DNA of 64,000 bases, from contig PFCD01000005.1 of the NCBI GenBank assembly GCA_002778455.1, positions 4,424 through 68,423 on the forward strand, read 5' to 3'. This DNA comes from Candidatus Micrarchaeota archaeon CG10_big_fil_rev_8_21_14_0_10_45_29. GTDB taxonomy: Archaea > Micrarchaeota > Micrarchaeia > Anstonellales > Anstonellaceae. A program made the position numbers and the translations under genes. The notes under the pieces were generated by a model. It did no database searches. It saw nothing but the letters and a program-made list of their open reading frames with translations, and had not been told where the DNA came from. Positions 10,252-20,896 of this stretch are shown here, piece by piece; the first letter of the stretch is position 1, and each line of letters starts with the position of its first letter.

Positions 10252-11445
10252 ATGAAACTTGCCTTTGTCGCAGACACGCATTTTGGCTATTCCCGCTTTG
10301 AGAATGATGCCAGGTGCCAGGGGGAAGCGGCTCTTCTTGACGCCTCAAAAAAGGCGGACGCAATCCTTTTGGGAGGGGACATATTTGACCAGCGGGTGCC
10401 CCGCCTTGATATATTGGCAGATGTGGCATCCACCCTAAAGGCGGCAAGGCAAAATTTGCCTGAGCGCGGCTTTCCCAAAATTCTGGCAATTCACGGCACC
10501 CACGAAGCCCGCTCAAAGAATTCCATGAATCCGATTTCCCTAATGGAGAGGCTGGGGCTTCTTGAGGATGTGCACAACCGCACGGTGGTGCTTGAAAAAA
10601 AGAAACTTCCCAATCAAAACCCTGCCCAAAAAAATTCAACTTCATCCGCAGAGCCCGCTTGCGAAAAAAAAGAGAAAAATGCAGGAAAAAGCGCAGAAGA
10701 ATATGAAAAGGCGGCGGTTTCAGGCATGGGCGGCATCCCCGATGATTTGGTAAAGCAAATGCTTCCCCGCCTCTCATGCAAGCCCGTGCAAGGCGCAACA
10801 AATTTTTTCATGTTTCACCAGACATTGCAGGAATTTGTGCCGCAGGCAAAAAACGTCGCATCAATTCATGATTTGCCTGCGGGCTATGACTATTATTTGT
10901 GCGGGCACATCCATGCGCGAAAAGAGTATCTGGAAGGAAAATTGCTTATTCCCGGCTCGACCGTAATAACTCAACTCAAAGATGAGGAGCAGGGGCAAAA
11001 AGGCTATTATTTAATAGACACAATTGCAAAAACCCAAGAATTCATTCCCATAAAAACCCGCCCGTTTATAGTGCATGAATTAAAATTTGAAAACGCCTCT
11101 CCCTCACAGGTAAGAATTCAAATAGAAAAAGAGCTCTCCTCCCTCCTGCAAAAGAATTCTGCCGAGCCGCCCATAATAAAATTGCGCCTATGCGGCTCAT
11201 TGCAAAAAGGCGGGGGGGAAATAGACACAACCGGCTTTGGGGAGCAGGGCGCCTTTGTAACAATAGATAATCAGCTTGAGGGAAACTCCCTGCTTGATGA
11301 GATAGAGCGGATAAGGGGCGAGCGTTTGCATCGCACCACTCCCGTGCAGCTTGGCATGGAATTGCTTTTGGAAAACGCAAAAAAAGCCTCACTTGAGCCA
11401 AAAAAAGCAAAAGAATATTTTGAAAAATTCTCAAAAGAGAATTAA
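10252..11445 (+). CDS. mre11: Mre11/SbcD-like DNA repair metallophosphoesterase
   Basis: Start placed at MKLAFVADTHFG. Motifs GGDIFD, IHGTHE, MFHQ, YYLCGHIH, IPGS and KGYYL. Confidence 0.8.
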   Translation: MKLAFVADTHFGYSRFENDARCQGEAALLDASKKADAILLGGDIFDQRVPRLDILADVASTLKAARQNLPERGFPKILAIHGTHEARSKNSMNPISLMERLGLLEDVHNRTVVLEKKKLPNQNPAQKNSTSSAEPACEKKEKNAGKSAEEYEKAAVSGMGGIPDDLVKQMLPRLSCKPVQGATNFFMFHQTLQEFVPQAKNVASIHDLPAGYDYYLCGHIHARKEYLEGKLLIPGSTVITQLKDEEQGQKGYYLIDTIAKTQEFIPIKTRPFIVHELKFENASPSQVRIQIEKELSSLLQKNSAEPPIIKLRLCGSLQKGGGEIDTTGFGEQGAFVTIDNQLEGNSLLDEIERIRGERLHRTTPVQLGMELLLENAKKASLEPKKAKEYFEKFSKEN

Positions 11446-11891
11446 ACATCATATTTTATTTCAAATTCGGCGCGCCTGCCTGATATGTTATCCGGATGAA
11501 AAATTTGCACGCATCTTACTTCCACATCCCTTTTGAATTTCCTTATTTCCCTCACTTCCCCCTCGCCCATATTTTCCATCTTAAATTTTTTCTGCCACTC
11601 CTCTTTTTTGCCGTATTGAAGCTCAATTCCCGCCACTTTTCGCATCTCTTTTCCCTGCGCAAGAAGGCTTACTCCAAGCCCGACAACACGAATTCCGCCA
11701 ATAGTTGCCTCCTCCCCAAGCCCGAGCAAAACTTTTTCTTTTTTGTAAGTTTTTATTGCAGGCGCCGCAGGCTCCTCATCGCATGAAACAAGCTTTGCAG
11801 CAAGCGGGAGAAAAAGGGCTTTGAGCGCAAACGTTGCAGCCTTTCGCCTATTTTGCATAAATTTTGAGTTGCCAACATTTTTCATTTCCAT
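11442..11891 (-). CDS. Hypothetical secreted/lipoprotein-like protein
   Basis: Likely start at MEMKNV (GCAGGT upstream). Basic N-region, hydrophobic stretch and LVSC, then a beta-rich domain. Confidence 0.5.
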   Translation of the reverse strand: MEMKNVGNSKFMQNRRKAATFALKALFLPLAAKLVSCDEEPAAPAIKTYKKEKVLLGLGEEATIGGIRVVGLGVSLLAQGKEMRKVAGIELQYGKKEEWQKKFKMENMGEGEVREIRKFKRDVEVRCVQIFHPDNISGRRAEFEIKYDV

Positions 11892-11980
11892 AAAACCTGC
11901 CGCCTCTTTCAAATTTTTTTCCCAAAAGCAAATATTCTGCAAATCTCCTGATTCAAAATTTTACGTTATTCCCAATATCT

Positions 11981-13393
11981 TTATCCTCTCAACTCCTGCA
12001 TATGCTCAAACCTTTTTTGCAAAAGCGCTTCCGTGCCTATATCATTTCTGCACCAAAGCTTTCCTTTAACAGCTTCGCATCCTTTTCGGGCTGTTTCCTG
12101 CGCCTCATCAATGCTCTCCCCAACACCAAGCACCGCGATGCTTCTTGACTTTCCTGAATACACTTTGCCTTCTCTCTCATTTACAGATGCATAATATATT
12201 TGCGCCCCACTTTTCCCCAGCTTCTCAAAATCAATTTCAATCTCACTTGGCTCAGCGCTTTTGCCAGGATACCCTTGCGGCACCAAATACTTCACAACAG
12301 TTGCCTTCTCCTCCCATCGCAAATTATCCTCCAATTTCCCGCCCGCAACCTTTTGCAAAACATCATTGAGCGGCGTTTTCAAAACAGCAAGCACATTCAT
12401 TGCCTCCGGGTCCCCAAAGCGCGAATTTATCTCTATTACAAGCACCCCGTCTTTGGTTGCAATAAAGCCCCCATACATTATTCCCTTATACTCCGCCCCT
12501 TCCTTCTCTCTCATGCAATCGCAAATTTTTTGCATTATTTTCATCGCATCATCATAATCCTTTTGCATCAAAAATGGCAATACTTTTCCTTTGCCAGAAT
12601 ATGAGCCCATCCCGCCTGTATTCGGCCCCTCGTCTCCCTCATAAGCGCGCTTGTGGTCCTGCACCATGGGCATTCCCACAACTTTTTTCCCGTCGCAAAA
12701 TGCCATTAAAGAAAATTCCTCGCCAATTAACTTTTGCTCTATAATCACTCCAAGCCCGCCGCCATCTTTTCTCTCTATTACCTCTTTTGCATAAGAAATT
12801 GCCTCATCAGCATTTTTGAGCTGAAAGCCTGTTACTTTTACCCCTTTTCCCCCGGTCAACCCGCAGGGCTTTATCGCAACCTCGCCTCCCAGCTCATTTA
12901 CAAATTCTTTTATCTCTTTTTCAACAGCATCTAATTCCTCATTTCCATTCATCGCCCCTTTTTCAATTTCCCCCAAACTCTTCACTCTTTTGTGCAAATT
13001 GAAAAATTTGAATTTCGGGCACCCTTCAATAGAATTTTTTTGCATCAATTCCCTTGCATAATTCTTGTCCCATTCAAGGCGCGCCGCCGCCTTTTTAGGC
13101 GCGGCGCATTTTATCCCTGCATTTTGCAGCTCATCCACAACCCCTGCCGCCAGCACCGCGTCAGGTGAGGGAAAAGCCAACTCAATGCCCCTCTCTTTTG
13201 CCCATTTTGCAATTTCCTCTCCATTCTCAATGTTTCCAATTATAAATTCCCCTCCTGATTCTTTGCACAATTTTACTATTGCCGGGTTTTTGGCACTCAT
13301 ATAAACAAAAAGTTTCACATCTTCCCTGCCGCACACTGCCTTTGCAACCGCATGCTCTCGCGCACCGTTTCCAACAAGCAAAAAATTTGGCAT
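11981..13393 (-). CDS. purD: Phosphoribosylamine--glycine ligase
   Basis: GNGAREHA, AARLEWDK, GLTGGKGV, GEEFS, QDHKRAYEGDEGPNTGGMGSYS, EINSRFGDPE. Confidence 0.97.
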   Translation of the reverse strand: MPNFLLVGNGAREHAVAKAVCGREDVKLFVYMSAKNPAIVKLCKESGGEFIIGNIENGEEIAKWAKERGIELAFPSPDAVLAAGVVDELQNAGIKCAAPKKAAARLEWDKNYARELMQKNSIEGCPKFKFFNLHKRVKSLGEIEKGAMNGNEELDAVEKEIKEFVNELGGEVAIKPCGLTGGKGVKVTGFQLKNADEAISYAKEVIERKDGGGLGVIIEQKLIGEEFSLMAFCDGKKVVGMPMVQDHKRAYEGDEGPNTGGMGSYSGKGKVLPFLMQKDYDDAMKIMQKICDCMREKEGAEYKGIMYGGFIATKDGVLVIEINSRFGDPEAMNVLAVLKTPLNDVLQKVAGGKLEDNLRWEEKATVVKYLVPQGYPGKSAEPSEIEIDFEKLGKSGAQIYYASVNEREGKVYSGKSRSIAVLGVGESIDEAQETARKGCEAVKGKLWCRNDIGTEALLQKRFEHMQELRG

Positions 13394-13454
13394 ATTTTAC
13401 AACTCCTAAAATTCAAATAAAATTTATTCTGCAGCCTTCATCTTCAAATAACCC

Positions 13455-14576
13455 CTATTCCGTTACCGTCTCAACCAATTCCACATGCTTCTCAAAATAT
13501 TTCCTGCAGGGTTCCAGCATTTCAATCAATTCGCGCGCAACCGCATTTTTCAAATCAACGGGGTGCAATTTTCCTTCCATAAACGCCTTTTTCAATTCCG
13601 CCTCATTTGCAAATTCCACATTTCCGCCGAATTTCTCAGGCCTCTCAATTTTTAGCGGCTTATCCCGCAGCACAAATGCCTGCGCATAGTCAATTATCGG
13701 ATTATTTTCAATCTCTTTTTCTGGGCAGTGCGCCTTTTTCATTTTTCTTTGTATTTCCTCAACAGAGTCATGCACAAAAATGCAGGAATCCGGCTTTGAC
13801 TTTGACATTTTATTTTCAAGCATCATTTTGTCTTTGAGTTCCTCATACGAAAATCCCTCTCCTTCCTTTAGTGGCTTCTGCTCTATGGGGAAAATATTTG
13901 CATCCATCCTTTTTGGCCCTTTAAGCCCGCCAAGCAATTTCCCGTGAATAGCAACCGCCTTCTTCTTTTTGTATTTGTCCGCCATCTCGCGCGAGAGCAT
14001 ATGTACTTTTCTCTGGTCCATTCCCGCCTGCATTATGTCAACGTCCAACGCCCAAACGTCCGCCGCCTGCATCGCCGGGTACAAAAATGCGGATGAGGGA
14101 AGCTTCTCGCTCTCATCTCTTCCCATAATGGTGGTGCAGCGAAGCATCCTTGCCATGGAAGTGTCTTTTGCAATCTTCAATACGTCCGCCCAGTAATCGT
14201 TTCCCAATTTTTCATACAGCTTGCTTCCCAGCACATAATTTACTTTTCCCTCCTCAAGCCCCAAAGAAACAAAGCACTGCTTAAAGTATCCTTTTGCAAC
14301 CTCTTGCGCCTTTTGCAAGTCTCCGCCTAATTTGCCGTTTATCCAGCCGTGGTAGTCAGCCAAAAATATGGTCGGTTTAATGCCGGCTTCCATAAAATCC
14401 TTTATCTTTATCGCCGTAAGCAGCCCTGTGCCCAAATGCACAAGCCCGGAAATCTCAAACCCGATATAATGCTTGGGATGCGCCTCCCTCTCAAATAAAG
14501 AGCGAAGCTCATCCTCTGTAATTATCTCCTGAATGCTGCCCTTTTTCACAAGTTCCAGTTTAGAATCAATGTCCAT
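13455..14576 (-). CDS. tyrS: Tyrosine--tRNA ligase (archaeal type)
   Basis: YIGFEISGLVHLGT (HIGH-like), YPAMQAAD, GMDQRKVH, KMSKS, LHPVDLK. Confidence 0.96.
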   Translation of the reverse strand: MDIDSKLELVKKGSIQEIITEDELRSLFEREAHPKHYIGFEISGLVHLGTGLLTAIKIKDFMEAGIKPTIFLADYHGWINGKLGGDLQKAQEVAKGYFKQCFVSLGLEEGKVNYVLGSKLYEKLGNDYWADVLKIAKDTSMARMLRCTTIMGRDESEKLPSSAFLYPAMQAADVWALDVDIMQAGMDQRKVHMLSREMADKYKKKKAVAIHGKLLGGLKGPKRMDANIFPIEQKPLKEGEGFSYEELKDKMMLENKMSKSKPDSCIFVHDSVEEIQRKMKKAHCPEKEIENNPIIDYAQAFVLRDKPLKIERPEKFGGNVEFANEAELKKAFMEGKLHPVDLKNAVARELIEMLEPCRKYFEKHVELVETVTE

Positions 14577-14895
14577 ATGAAAATATAGAAAAAAAGCCTA
14601 ATAATACTGCCTATTTGCATGCCAAACCTTTATTTTATCATGTCAAACCCCTAATTTCATTTTTCCAAAACTCTTTTTGCACAAGATTTTTATACTAGTT
14701 GCCAAAGCTATTTTTTCAGTATCACACCAGTGCCCAAAGCCCACAAAATACTTTTCCCTTTTTAAATTCTCAGCCCATCACTCCTCCTGCACGAATATTT
14801 GGGGGGTAAATCTCTTCGCATTTTCCGTGCATTTTAAAAGCCCTTTTTTGGCTGGGTTTTTATTTGTTTATAATCAATATAGGTGGGGTGTGCAG

Positions 14896-17800
14896 ATGGA
14901 TGGTGAAGCTCAAACGCAGGGTATAAGCTCTCAAACAGGAACCAACGGCGGGCTTAAAATCCAGAGAAAATTCACCAGCGAAGGAGTAGACGTCTTTTCT
15001 CAGTTTGAGTATGAATTGCGCTCATCCACAATAAGAAACCCCGACGGCTCGGTAGTATTCTCATTAACAAACATAGAAGTGCCAAAAAACTGGTCGCAGG
15101 TGGCAACAGATATTCTTGCCCAAAAATATTTTAGAAAAGCCGGCGTGCCCCAAAAGGACGCGGAAGGAAACCCCATAATAGACAAGCAGACAGGCAAAGC
15201 CGTATTGGGAAGCGAAACGTCTGTAAAGCAGATAGTAAAGCGCCTGGCAGGCACCTGGAGGTACTGGGGCGAGCGATACAACTACTTCTCATCGCAGGAG
15301 GATGCAGAAAAATTCGAGGGCGAGCTAATCTTTATGCTTCTTGCCCAAATAGCGGCGCCAAATTCTCCTCAATGGTTTAACAACGGGCTTGCGCGCTCAT
15401 ATGACATCCGCGGCACCTCGCAAGGGCACTATTTTGTAGACCCGCAGACAAAAAAACTCTCCCAATGCGAGGATGCATACACCCACCCGCAGCTTCATGC
15501 ATGCTTTATTCAGTCATTAAAAGACGACCTGGTAAATGAGGGGGGAATTTTTGATTTATTGCGCCGTGAAGCCCTTCTTTTCAAATACGGCTCTGGCACA
15601 GGCACAAACTTCTCTGCATTGCGCGGCAGCGGCGAGGCTCTCTCCGGCGGCGGAAAATCATCCGGGCTTATGTCATTTTTGAAAATATATGACCGCGCCG
15701 CAGGAGCAATAAAATCCGGGGGCACAACGCGCAGAGCCGCAAAAATGGTAATAGTGGACGCAGACCACCCCGACATTTTGGAATTTACCGAATGGAAGGC
15801 AAAAGAGGAGCAAAAGGTAGCCTCCTTAGTGTCCGGCTCGGCGGCAATAAAAAAATCATTAAATAAAATATTAAAAACAGCAAAAGATGAGCACACTACC
15901 GACTTTAAGGCAAGCAAGCGCCTTCGCCAGGCAATCGCATCCGCAATGGCAAGAAATGTTCCCCTTAATCTGGTTACGCGCACCCTGCGCCTTGCAGACC
16001 AGGGATATGCTGCAATAGATTTTCCAATATTTGACACCCATTACGAGGGAGATGCGTATGCCACCGTATCGGGGCAAAATTCCAACAACACCGTGAGAAT
16101 CCCAAATAAATTCATGGATGCTCTCGCGCGCGACGGCGGCTGGGATTTGGTGAACCGCACAGACGGGCAAATATCAAAAACAATAAAAGCCGCCGAGCTT
16201 TGGGACAGAATAGCATATGCGGCATGGGCATGCGCAGACCCCGGCTTGCAGTTTGATGACACCATAAACGAGTGGCATACCTGCCCGATAGACGGCAGGA
16301 TACATGCTTCAAACCCGTGCTCCGAATACATGTTTTTGGATGATACTGCATGCAACTTAGCCTCTTTCAATCTGGCTAAATTTTTGGACGAAGGGAAAGG
16401 CGAATTCAAGACAGATGAATATTTGCATGCAATACGCCTCTGGACAATAGTGCTTGAAGTTTCTGTGCTTATGGCAGGCTATCCTGCAAAAGAGATTGCA
16501 AAGCGCTCATTTGAATTTCGCACCCTCGGGCTTGGGTATGCAAATCTGGGCACTCTTTTGATGGTTTTGGGAATTCCGTATGACAGCCCGCAGGCGCTTG
16601 CAATAGCCGGGGCACTCTCATCAATTCTCACAGGGCAGGCATATGCAACTTCTGCCGAAATGGCAAAAGTGCTTGAGCCATTTGATGCTTATGAGAGAAA
16701 CAAGCACTCAATGCTAAGGGTAATTAGAAACCATAGGCGCGCCGCATACTGTGCGCCTGATGCAGAATATGAGGGGCTTAGCATAAAGCCCATGGGATTA
16801 GAGGCAAAATTCACCCCGGAGAACCTTCTCTCCTCTGCAAGGGAGTGCTGGGACCGCGCACTCTCATGGGGGGAGAAATGGGGCTATAGAAACGCGCAGG
16901 CAACTGTAATTGCCCCGACAGGCACCATCGGGCTTTTGATGGATTGCGACACAACAGGCATAGAGCCTGACTTTGCAATTGTAAAATTCAAAAAATTGGC
17001 AGGGGGCGGCTATTTCAAAATAGTGAATCAATCCGTGAAAAAAGCGCTAAAGCGCCTCGGGTATGCGCCAAGCCAAATAGAAGACATAGAAAAATTTGCA
17101 AAAGGCACAGGCACCCTTGTAGGGTGCCCGAAAATAAACAGAGAATCATTAAAAGAGAAAGGCTTTAGCGACGAGAAAGTGGAAATTGTGGAAATGCAGA
17201 TGCCCGGAGTTTTTGACATAAAATTCGCATTCAATCGCTACGTTCTCGGAGACGAATTTTTGCGCATGCTGGGCGTGAGTGATGCTGACCTGGCAAACCA
17301 GCAGTTTGATTTGCTAAAATTCCTCGGCTTTGGCGCGGATGACATAGAGAAGGCAAATGATTATGTTTGCGGCACCATGAGCTTAGAGGGCGCCCCGCAC
17401 CTAAAAAATGAGCATTACCCAATATTTGACTGCGCCTCCAAGGCGGGGAGAAAAGGGGTGCGCTCAATTCCTTACCAGGCGCACATAAAAATGATGGCGG
17501 TTGTGCAGCCGTTTATTTCAGGCTCAATTTCAAAAACAATAAATATGCCATCAAATTCAACTGTGCAGGATGTTATGCGCGCATATGAGCTCTCGCACAA
17601 ATATATGATAAAGGCAAACGCCATTTACCGCGACGGCTCAAAGCTATCCCAGCCTCTAAGCTCTGCAAGCGGGGTGGAGGAGGAGGCGGCAGAGCTTATG
17701 CTTCTTGCAAAAGAGGCTGAAAAAGCATTTGACTTTGAGGCATTCCAGCCGCAGGTAATTTCCATGCTGCAAAGGCGCAAGCTTCCCTCCCGCCGCCGCG

Positions 17801-18420
17801 GATTTGTGCAGGAGGCGCGAGTGGGGGGGCAAAAAGTATATTTGAAGACAGGCGAATACCCAGACGGCAAATTAGGCGAAATTTTCATAGACATGTATAA
17901 AGAGGGGGCGAGTTATCGCGCTCTTCTCAACTGCTTTGCGGTTGCAGTTTCCAAGGGGTTGCAATACGGAATTCCGCTGGAAGAATTTGTAGAAACCTTC
18001 ACTTACACCCGCTTTGAGCCTGCAGGGCCTGTTTCAGGGCATGAGGCAATCAAAAATTCCACCTCTGTAGTGGACTTTCTTTTCCGCGCCCTTGGCTTTG
18101 AATATCTGGGGCGCACCGACTTTGTGCACATCAAGCCTGAAACAAAAGACGATTCGGTGCAGGAGAAGCTTAACCAAGCAGATGGCGAAGCCGATGAAAA
18201 TTCTGCCCGGGCAGAGGCACAGAAACAGGCAAGGCTTACTGATACATCCCACCAGCCTCAGCCTCCAAAACCAGCATCACCTGAAGGGGATAAGATAAGC
18301 CAGGCAAAGGCGATGGGCTACACCGGCGAGCAATGCGGCACCTGCGGCTCAATGAAAATGAAAAGAAACGGAAGCTGCATGGTATGCATCGACTGCGGAG
18401 AGACGACAGGGTGCTCTTAG
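14896..18420 (+). CDS. nrdJ: Adenosylcobalamin-dependent (class II) ribonucleotide reductase with C-terminal TSCPD and Zn-ribbon domains
   Basis: Start at MDGEAQ after GGTGGGGTG. Motifs NSPQWFN, ACFI, KSGGTTRRAAKM, SNPCSEY, ACNLAS, IAPTGTI, ISKTINMP, YRDGSK, and CGTCGS...CIDCG. Confidence 0.96.
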   Translation: MDGEAQTQGISSQTGTNGGLKIQRKFTSEGVDVFSQFEYELRSSTIRNPDGSVVFSLTNIEVPKNWSQVATDILAQKYFRKAGVPQKDAEGNPIIDKQTGKAVLGSETSVKQIVKRLAGTWRYWGERYNYFSSQEDAEKFEGELIFMLLAQIAAPNSPQWFNNGLARSYDIRGTSQGHYFVDPQTKKLSQCEDAYTHPQLHACFIQSLKDDLVNEGGIFDLLRREALLFKYGSGTGTNFSALRGSGEALSGGGKSSGLMSFLKIYDRAAGAIKSGGTTRRAAKMVIVDADHPDILEFTEWKAKEEQKVASLVSGSAAIKKSLNKILKTAKDEHTTDFKASKRLRQAIASAMARNVPLNLVTRTLRLADQGYAAIDFPIFDTHYEGDAYATVSGQNSNNTVRIPNKFMDALARDGGWDLVNRTDGQISKTIKAAELWDRIAYAAWACADPGLQFDDTINEWHTCPIDGRIHASNPCSEYMFLDDTACNLASFNLAKFLDEGKGEFKTDEYLHAIRLWTIVLEVSVLMAGYPAKEIAKRSFEFRTLGLGYANLGTLLMVLGIPYDSPQALAIAGALSSILTGQAYATSAEMAKVLEPFDAYERNKHSMLRVIRNHRRAAYCAPDAEYEGLSIKPMGLEAKFTPENLLSSARECWDRALSWGEKWGYRNAQATVIAPTGTIGLLMDCDTTGIEPDFAIVKFKKLAGGGYFKIVNQSVKKALKRLGYAPSQIEDIEKFAKGTGTLVGCPKINRESLKEKGFSDEKVEIVEMQMPGVFDIKFAFNRYVLGDEFLRMLGVSDADLANQQFDLLKFLGFGADDIEKANDYVCGTMSLEGAPHLKNEHYPIFDCASKAGRKGVRSIPYQAHIKMMAVVQPFISGSISKTINMPSNSTVQDVMRAYELSHKYMIKANAIYRDGSKLSQPLSSASGVEEEAAELMLLAKEAEKAFDFEAFQPQVISMLQRRKLPSRRRGFVQEARVGGQKVYLKTGEYPDGKLGEIFIDMYKEGASYRALLNCFAVAVSKGLQYGIPLEEFVETFTYTRFEPAGPVSGHEAIKNSTSVVDFLFRALGFEYLGRTDFVHIKPETKDDSVQEKLNQADGEADENSARAEAQKQARLTDTSHQPQPPKPASPEGDKISQAKAMGYTGEQCGTCGSMKMKRNGSCMVCIDCGETTGCS

Positions 18421-18443
18421 AAAATATTTTCAAAATTTTAGCT

Positions 18444-19121
18444 TCATATTTTTTTCACAACTTCGAGCAATTGCACCGGCTTATCAATTTCAAACTCCGC
18501 CTTAGTGCCATCATCCCCAAATACCTGCCCGTATTTTGCAAAGCATGTATGCATGCCGACAAGCTTTGCGCCCCTAATATCTCTTGATAAATTATCCCCT
18601 ACCATAAGGCACTCTTCTGCTTTTACTTCAAGCTTTTTGCAAATATGCAAAAACGGCTCAACACCCGGCTTGTAAATATTTGTGTCATGAAAAGTCCCCA
18701 CCTGCGAGAAATAATTCTGCAAACCAGTGAACGCAAGGCGGGAGTGCGCCTGCTCGCGAGGCGCGTCGGTAAGGACTGCTAAAGAATAATCTTTTTTTAG
18801 CTCATGCAAGGTTGCCTCCATTCCCCCATACGGGCGCAAAATTTCCCCTTTTTTTCTCAAATACGCAGTTATTCCCGCATTTCTTATTTTCTCAAATTTG
18901 TCTTTTTCAAATTTAAATGGCTTTAGCAACTCTGTGAAAGTAAGCTGGTAATCTATCCCGTGCGTCTCATATATCTTGAAAATAAGCCTCTCGCACGCGC
19001 CCGCGCTCATCTCAAGCCCTGCCCCCACCATGGCTTTTGCTGCTTCTTTTGACGATTCCTGCTTAAACTCCCAGAAATTCACAAGCGTATTGTCAAGGTC
19101 AAATATAACTGCTTTTAGCAT
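18444..19121 (-). CDS. HAD-superfamily hydrolase (subfamily IA)
   Basis: Start at MLKAVIFDLDNTL (motif I), VLTD, YKP, MVGDNLSRDIRGA. Confidence 0.92.
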   Translation of the reverse strand: MLKAVIFDLDNTLVNFWEFKQESSKEAAKAMVGAGLEMSAGACERLIFKIYETHGIDYQLTFTELLKPFKFEKDKFEKIRNAGITAYLRKKGEILRPYGGMEATLHELKKDYSLAVLTDAPREQAHSRLAFTGLQNYFSQVGTFHDTNIYKPGVEPFLHICKKLEVKAEECLMVGDNLSRDIRGAKLVGMHTCFAKYGQVFGDDGTKAEFEIDKPVQLLEVVKKI

Positions 19122-19164
19122 AATGGAATATTGCCTATCAAACAATAAAAACATAACATCCCTT

Positions 19165-19310
19165 TCTTCCAAAACAAAACCAACCACCCAGCAAGATTCG
19201 CAAACACTGCATCAAACCTAGCAAAAACACCGCAAACAGCAAACACGCAAAAACAAAGCCCACAAAAACAAAGCCCGCAAACACGCAAAAACAAAACACC
19301 GCAAATGCAG
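19165..19310. repeat. A/C-rich low-complexity intergenic repeats (e.g. gcaaacacgcaaaaacaaa, caaaaacaaagccc)
   Basis: Short imperfect direct repeats are visible between the divergent HAD and GTPase genes. Confidence 0.6.
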
Positions 19311-19374
19311 GCGCGCATTTTCCTCCAGCACAATGCCCAAATAGTTTCTTAAACAACAAAATGCAGTTATCTTC

Positions 19375-20208
19375 ATGGTGCGCTCAAATTTCAAGCTAAG
19401 GAGCTGGTCATCCGTGCTTGGCATGCTAAAGCAATGCTCTCTTCTCATAGAGGTAGTGGACGCAAGAAACATCCAAGGCACCAGAATCCCCCGCCTTGAG
19501 TCCGGCTTTGGAGGCAAGCTTGTGCTGGCTGCAACAAAGGCGGATTTGCTTCCAACTATTCCATCAAATACTCCTGCGCATTTTGGCTCAAAAAAAGAGG
19601 AGGGAAAACCCTCGCTTAATGCAAAAGGGGAAATTTCTCCTCCCACTTACTACTGCTCCTCAAGAACAAGAAAAGGGGTAGATAAATTAAAATCCCTTAT
19701 AAAAAAAATAGCCGCACAAAAAATAGCTGCCAAAAAAAGGCTGCCAATAAGAATATTTATTTTCGGAATTCCCAATGTGGGAAAAAGCTCTCTCATAAAT
19801 GCTATTAGCGGGCGCTCATCCGCAAAAGCCGGATTTCGCTCAGGCATAACCCGGGGGCTGCAAAACATCCGCCTTGATGAGAATATCATGCTTGTGGATG
19901 CGCCCGGAGTGGTAGATTTGGCAACAGGGGAGGAATATCTGGCGCTCAACGCCGCAATAGACGCGCAAAGGCTGAAAAACCCCTACTCTGTGGCGCAAAA
20001 AGTATTGGCAAAATTCATAGCAGCGGATGATGATTCTATTTTTGCCTTTTACAAAATAAAAAAATCAATGGATATAGAAGAAGTTCTTGCGTTGATAGCA
20101 ATCTCGCGCGGGCTTTTGCTAAAAGGAGGGGAGCCGAATTGCGACGAGGCTGCCAAAATTTTAATACGCGATTTTCAGAAGGGAAAAATACTTGCAAAAG
20201 AAAAATAA
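19375..20208 (+). CDS. Circularly permuted ribosome biogenesis GTPase (YlqF/RbgA family)
   Basis: EVVDAR, TKADL (G4) precedes GIPNVGKSS (G1), GIT (G2), DAPG (G3), C-terminal ILIRDFQKGK. Confidence 0.9.
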   Translation: MVRSNFKLRSWSSVLGMLKQCSLLIEVVDARNIQGTRIPRLESGFGGKLVLAATKADLLPTIPSNTPAHFGSKKEEGKPSLNAKGEISPPTYYCSSRTRKGVDKLKSLIKKIAAQKIAAKKRLPIRIFIFGIPNVGKSSLINAISGRSSAKAGFRSGITRGLQNIRLDENIMLVDAPGVVDLATGEEYLALNAAIDAQRLKNPYSVAQKVLAKFIAADDDSIFAFYKIKKSMDIEEVLALIAISRGLLLKGGEPNCDEAAKILIRDFQKGKILAKEK

Positions 20209-20261
20209 GAATTCTAATTTTTCAAGCAATTACCGCCTCTTTAGCAAGCCCAATTCTTCTC

Positions 20262-20663
20262 TCAAGCAACCATGGCTCTTCTATTTTGCCCCTTTCCCGC
20301 CTCAACAAGATAGCCCCTCTCCTTTAGCGCGTTTGCCGCCTCCTCGCTAATAACATCCCCCTTTTGAAATATTGGCGCTAATCCCCCGCTCATCTCATAA
20401 AATGAAAATTCCCCTTTTTTTGCCTTCTCATAAAAAAGATACCTTTTGTTGTCAAGGGGCATGATATATTTTTGCCATTTCTCCTCATTTCCCTTTTTGC
20501 CAAGCACATCTTTCCCTTTCATGCCTATTTTTTCCATCCGCTTTGCTATATTCTCGTCAATTCTTGCAATTTTATACGCGTCCTCCTCTTCAAAAACAGA
20601 AAATCTCACAAGATTATATTTCGCGCCGGGAAAAACCGCATCAGCATAATATGCAAGCGCCAT
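20262..20663 (-). CDS. Hypothetical protein, 133 aa
   Basis: ATG with GAGGGTTGG upstream and normal composition. No recognised motif. Confidence 0.55.
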   Translation of the reverse strand: MALAYYADAVFPGAKYNLVRFSVFEEEDAYKIARIDENIAKRMEKIGMKGKDVLGKKGNEEKWQKYIMPLDNKRYLFYEKAKKGEFSFYEMSGGLAPIFQKGDVISEEAANALKERGYLVEAGKGQNRRAMVA

Positions 20664-20699
20664 GCTTTAGCCAACCCTCGCAACTTTTATAACCTTAGT

Positions 20700-20825
20700 C
20701 AAAACCAAAAAACCCGAGCCAGCAAACCCGCAACACGAATTTGCAGCCCGCCGAGCCAAACTTTCTGCCAAAACCAAAAAACCCGCCAAAGCAAGCCGGC
20801 CCTGTGCATTTTAGCCAGCCCGCAC
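20700..20825. repeat. Imperfect intergenic direct repeat, about 69-bp period (caaaaccaaaaaacccg at 20700 and 20769)
   Basis: A 17-bp identical core occurs twice, with degenerate flanks. Confidence 0.65.
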
Positions 20826-20896
20826 AGCGCATGCTTTTTATAACCTGCCCAAACTTTTCATATTTGTTTATAATCTTTCAATTCCTCTCTATTTTC

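Noticed and set aside
2892-11445. SMC plus Mre11 as a Wadjet/Lamassu defence system or Rad50-Mre11 operon
   Set aside because: The SMC has a canonical hinge rather than a Zn hook, the genes are separated by unrelated housekeeping genes, and no jet/lmu partners are present.
14577-14895. Cobalamin riboswitch or NrdR boxes upstream of nrdJ, and the 73-aa N-terminal extension in the ORF track
   Set aside because: No B12-box or convincing palindrome is visible. The RBS supports a start at 14896.
14896-18420. Intein in NrdJ (or in TopA, the helicase or SMC)
   Set aside because: No C/S...HN-C/S/T splice junction or LAGLIDADG motif was seen. The length is explained by known insert and C-terminal domains.
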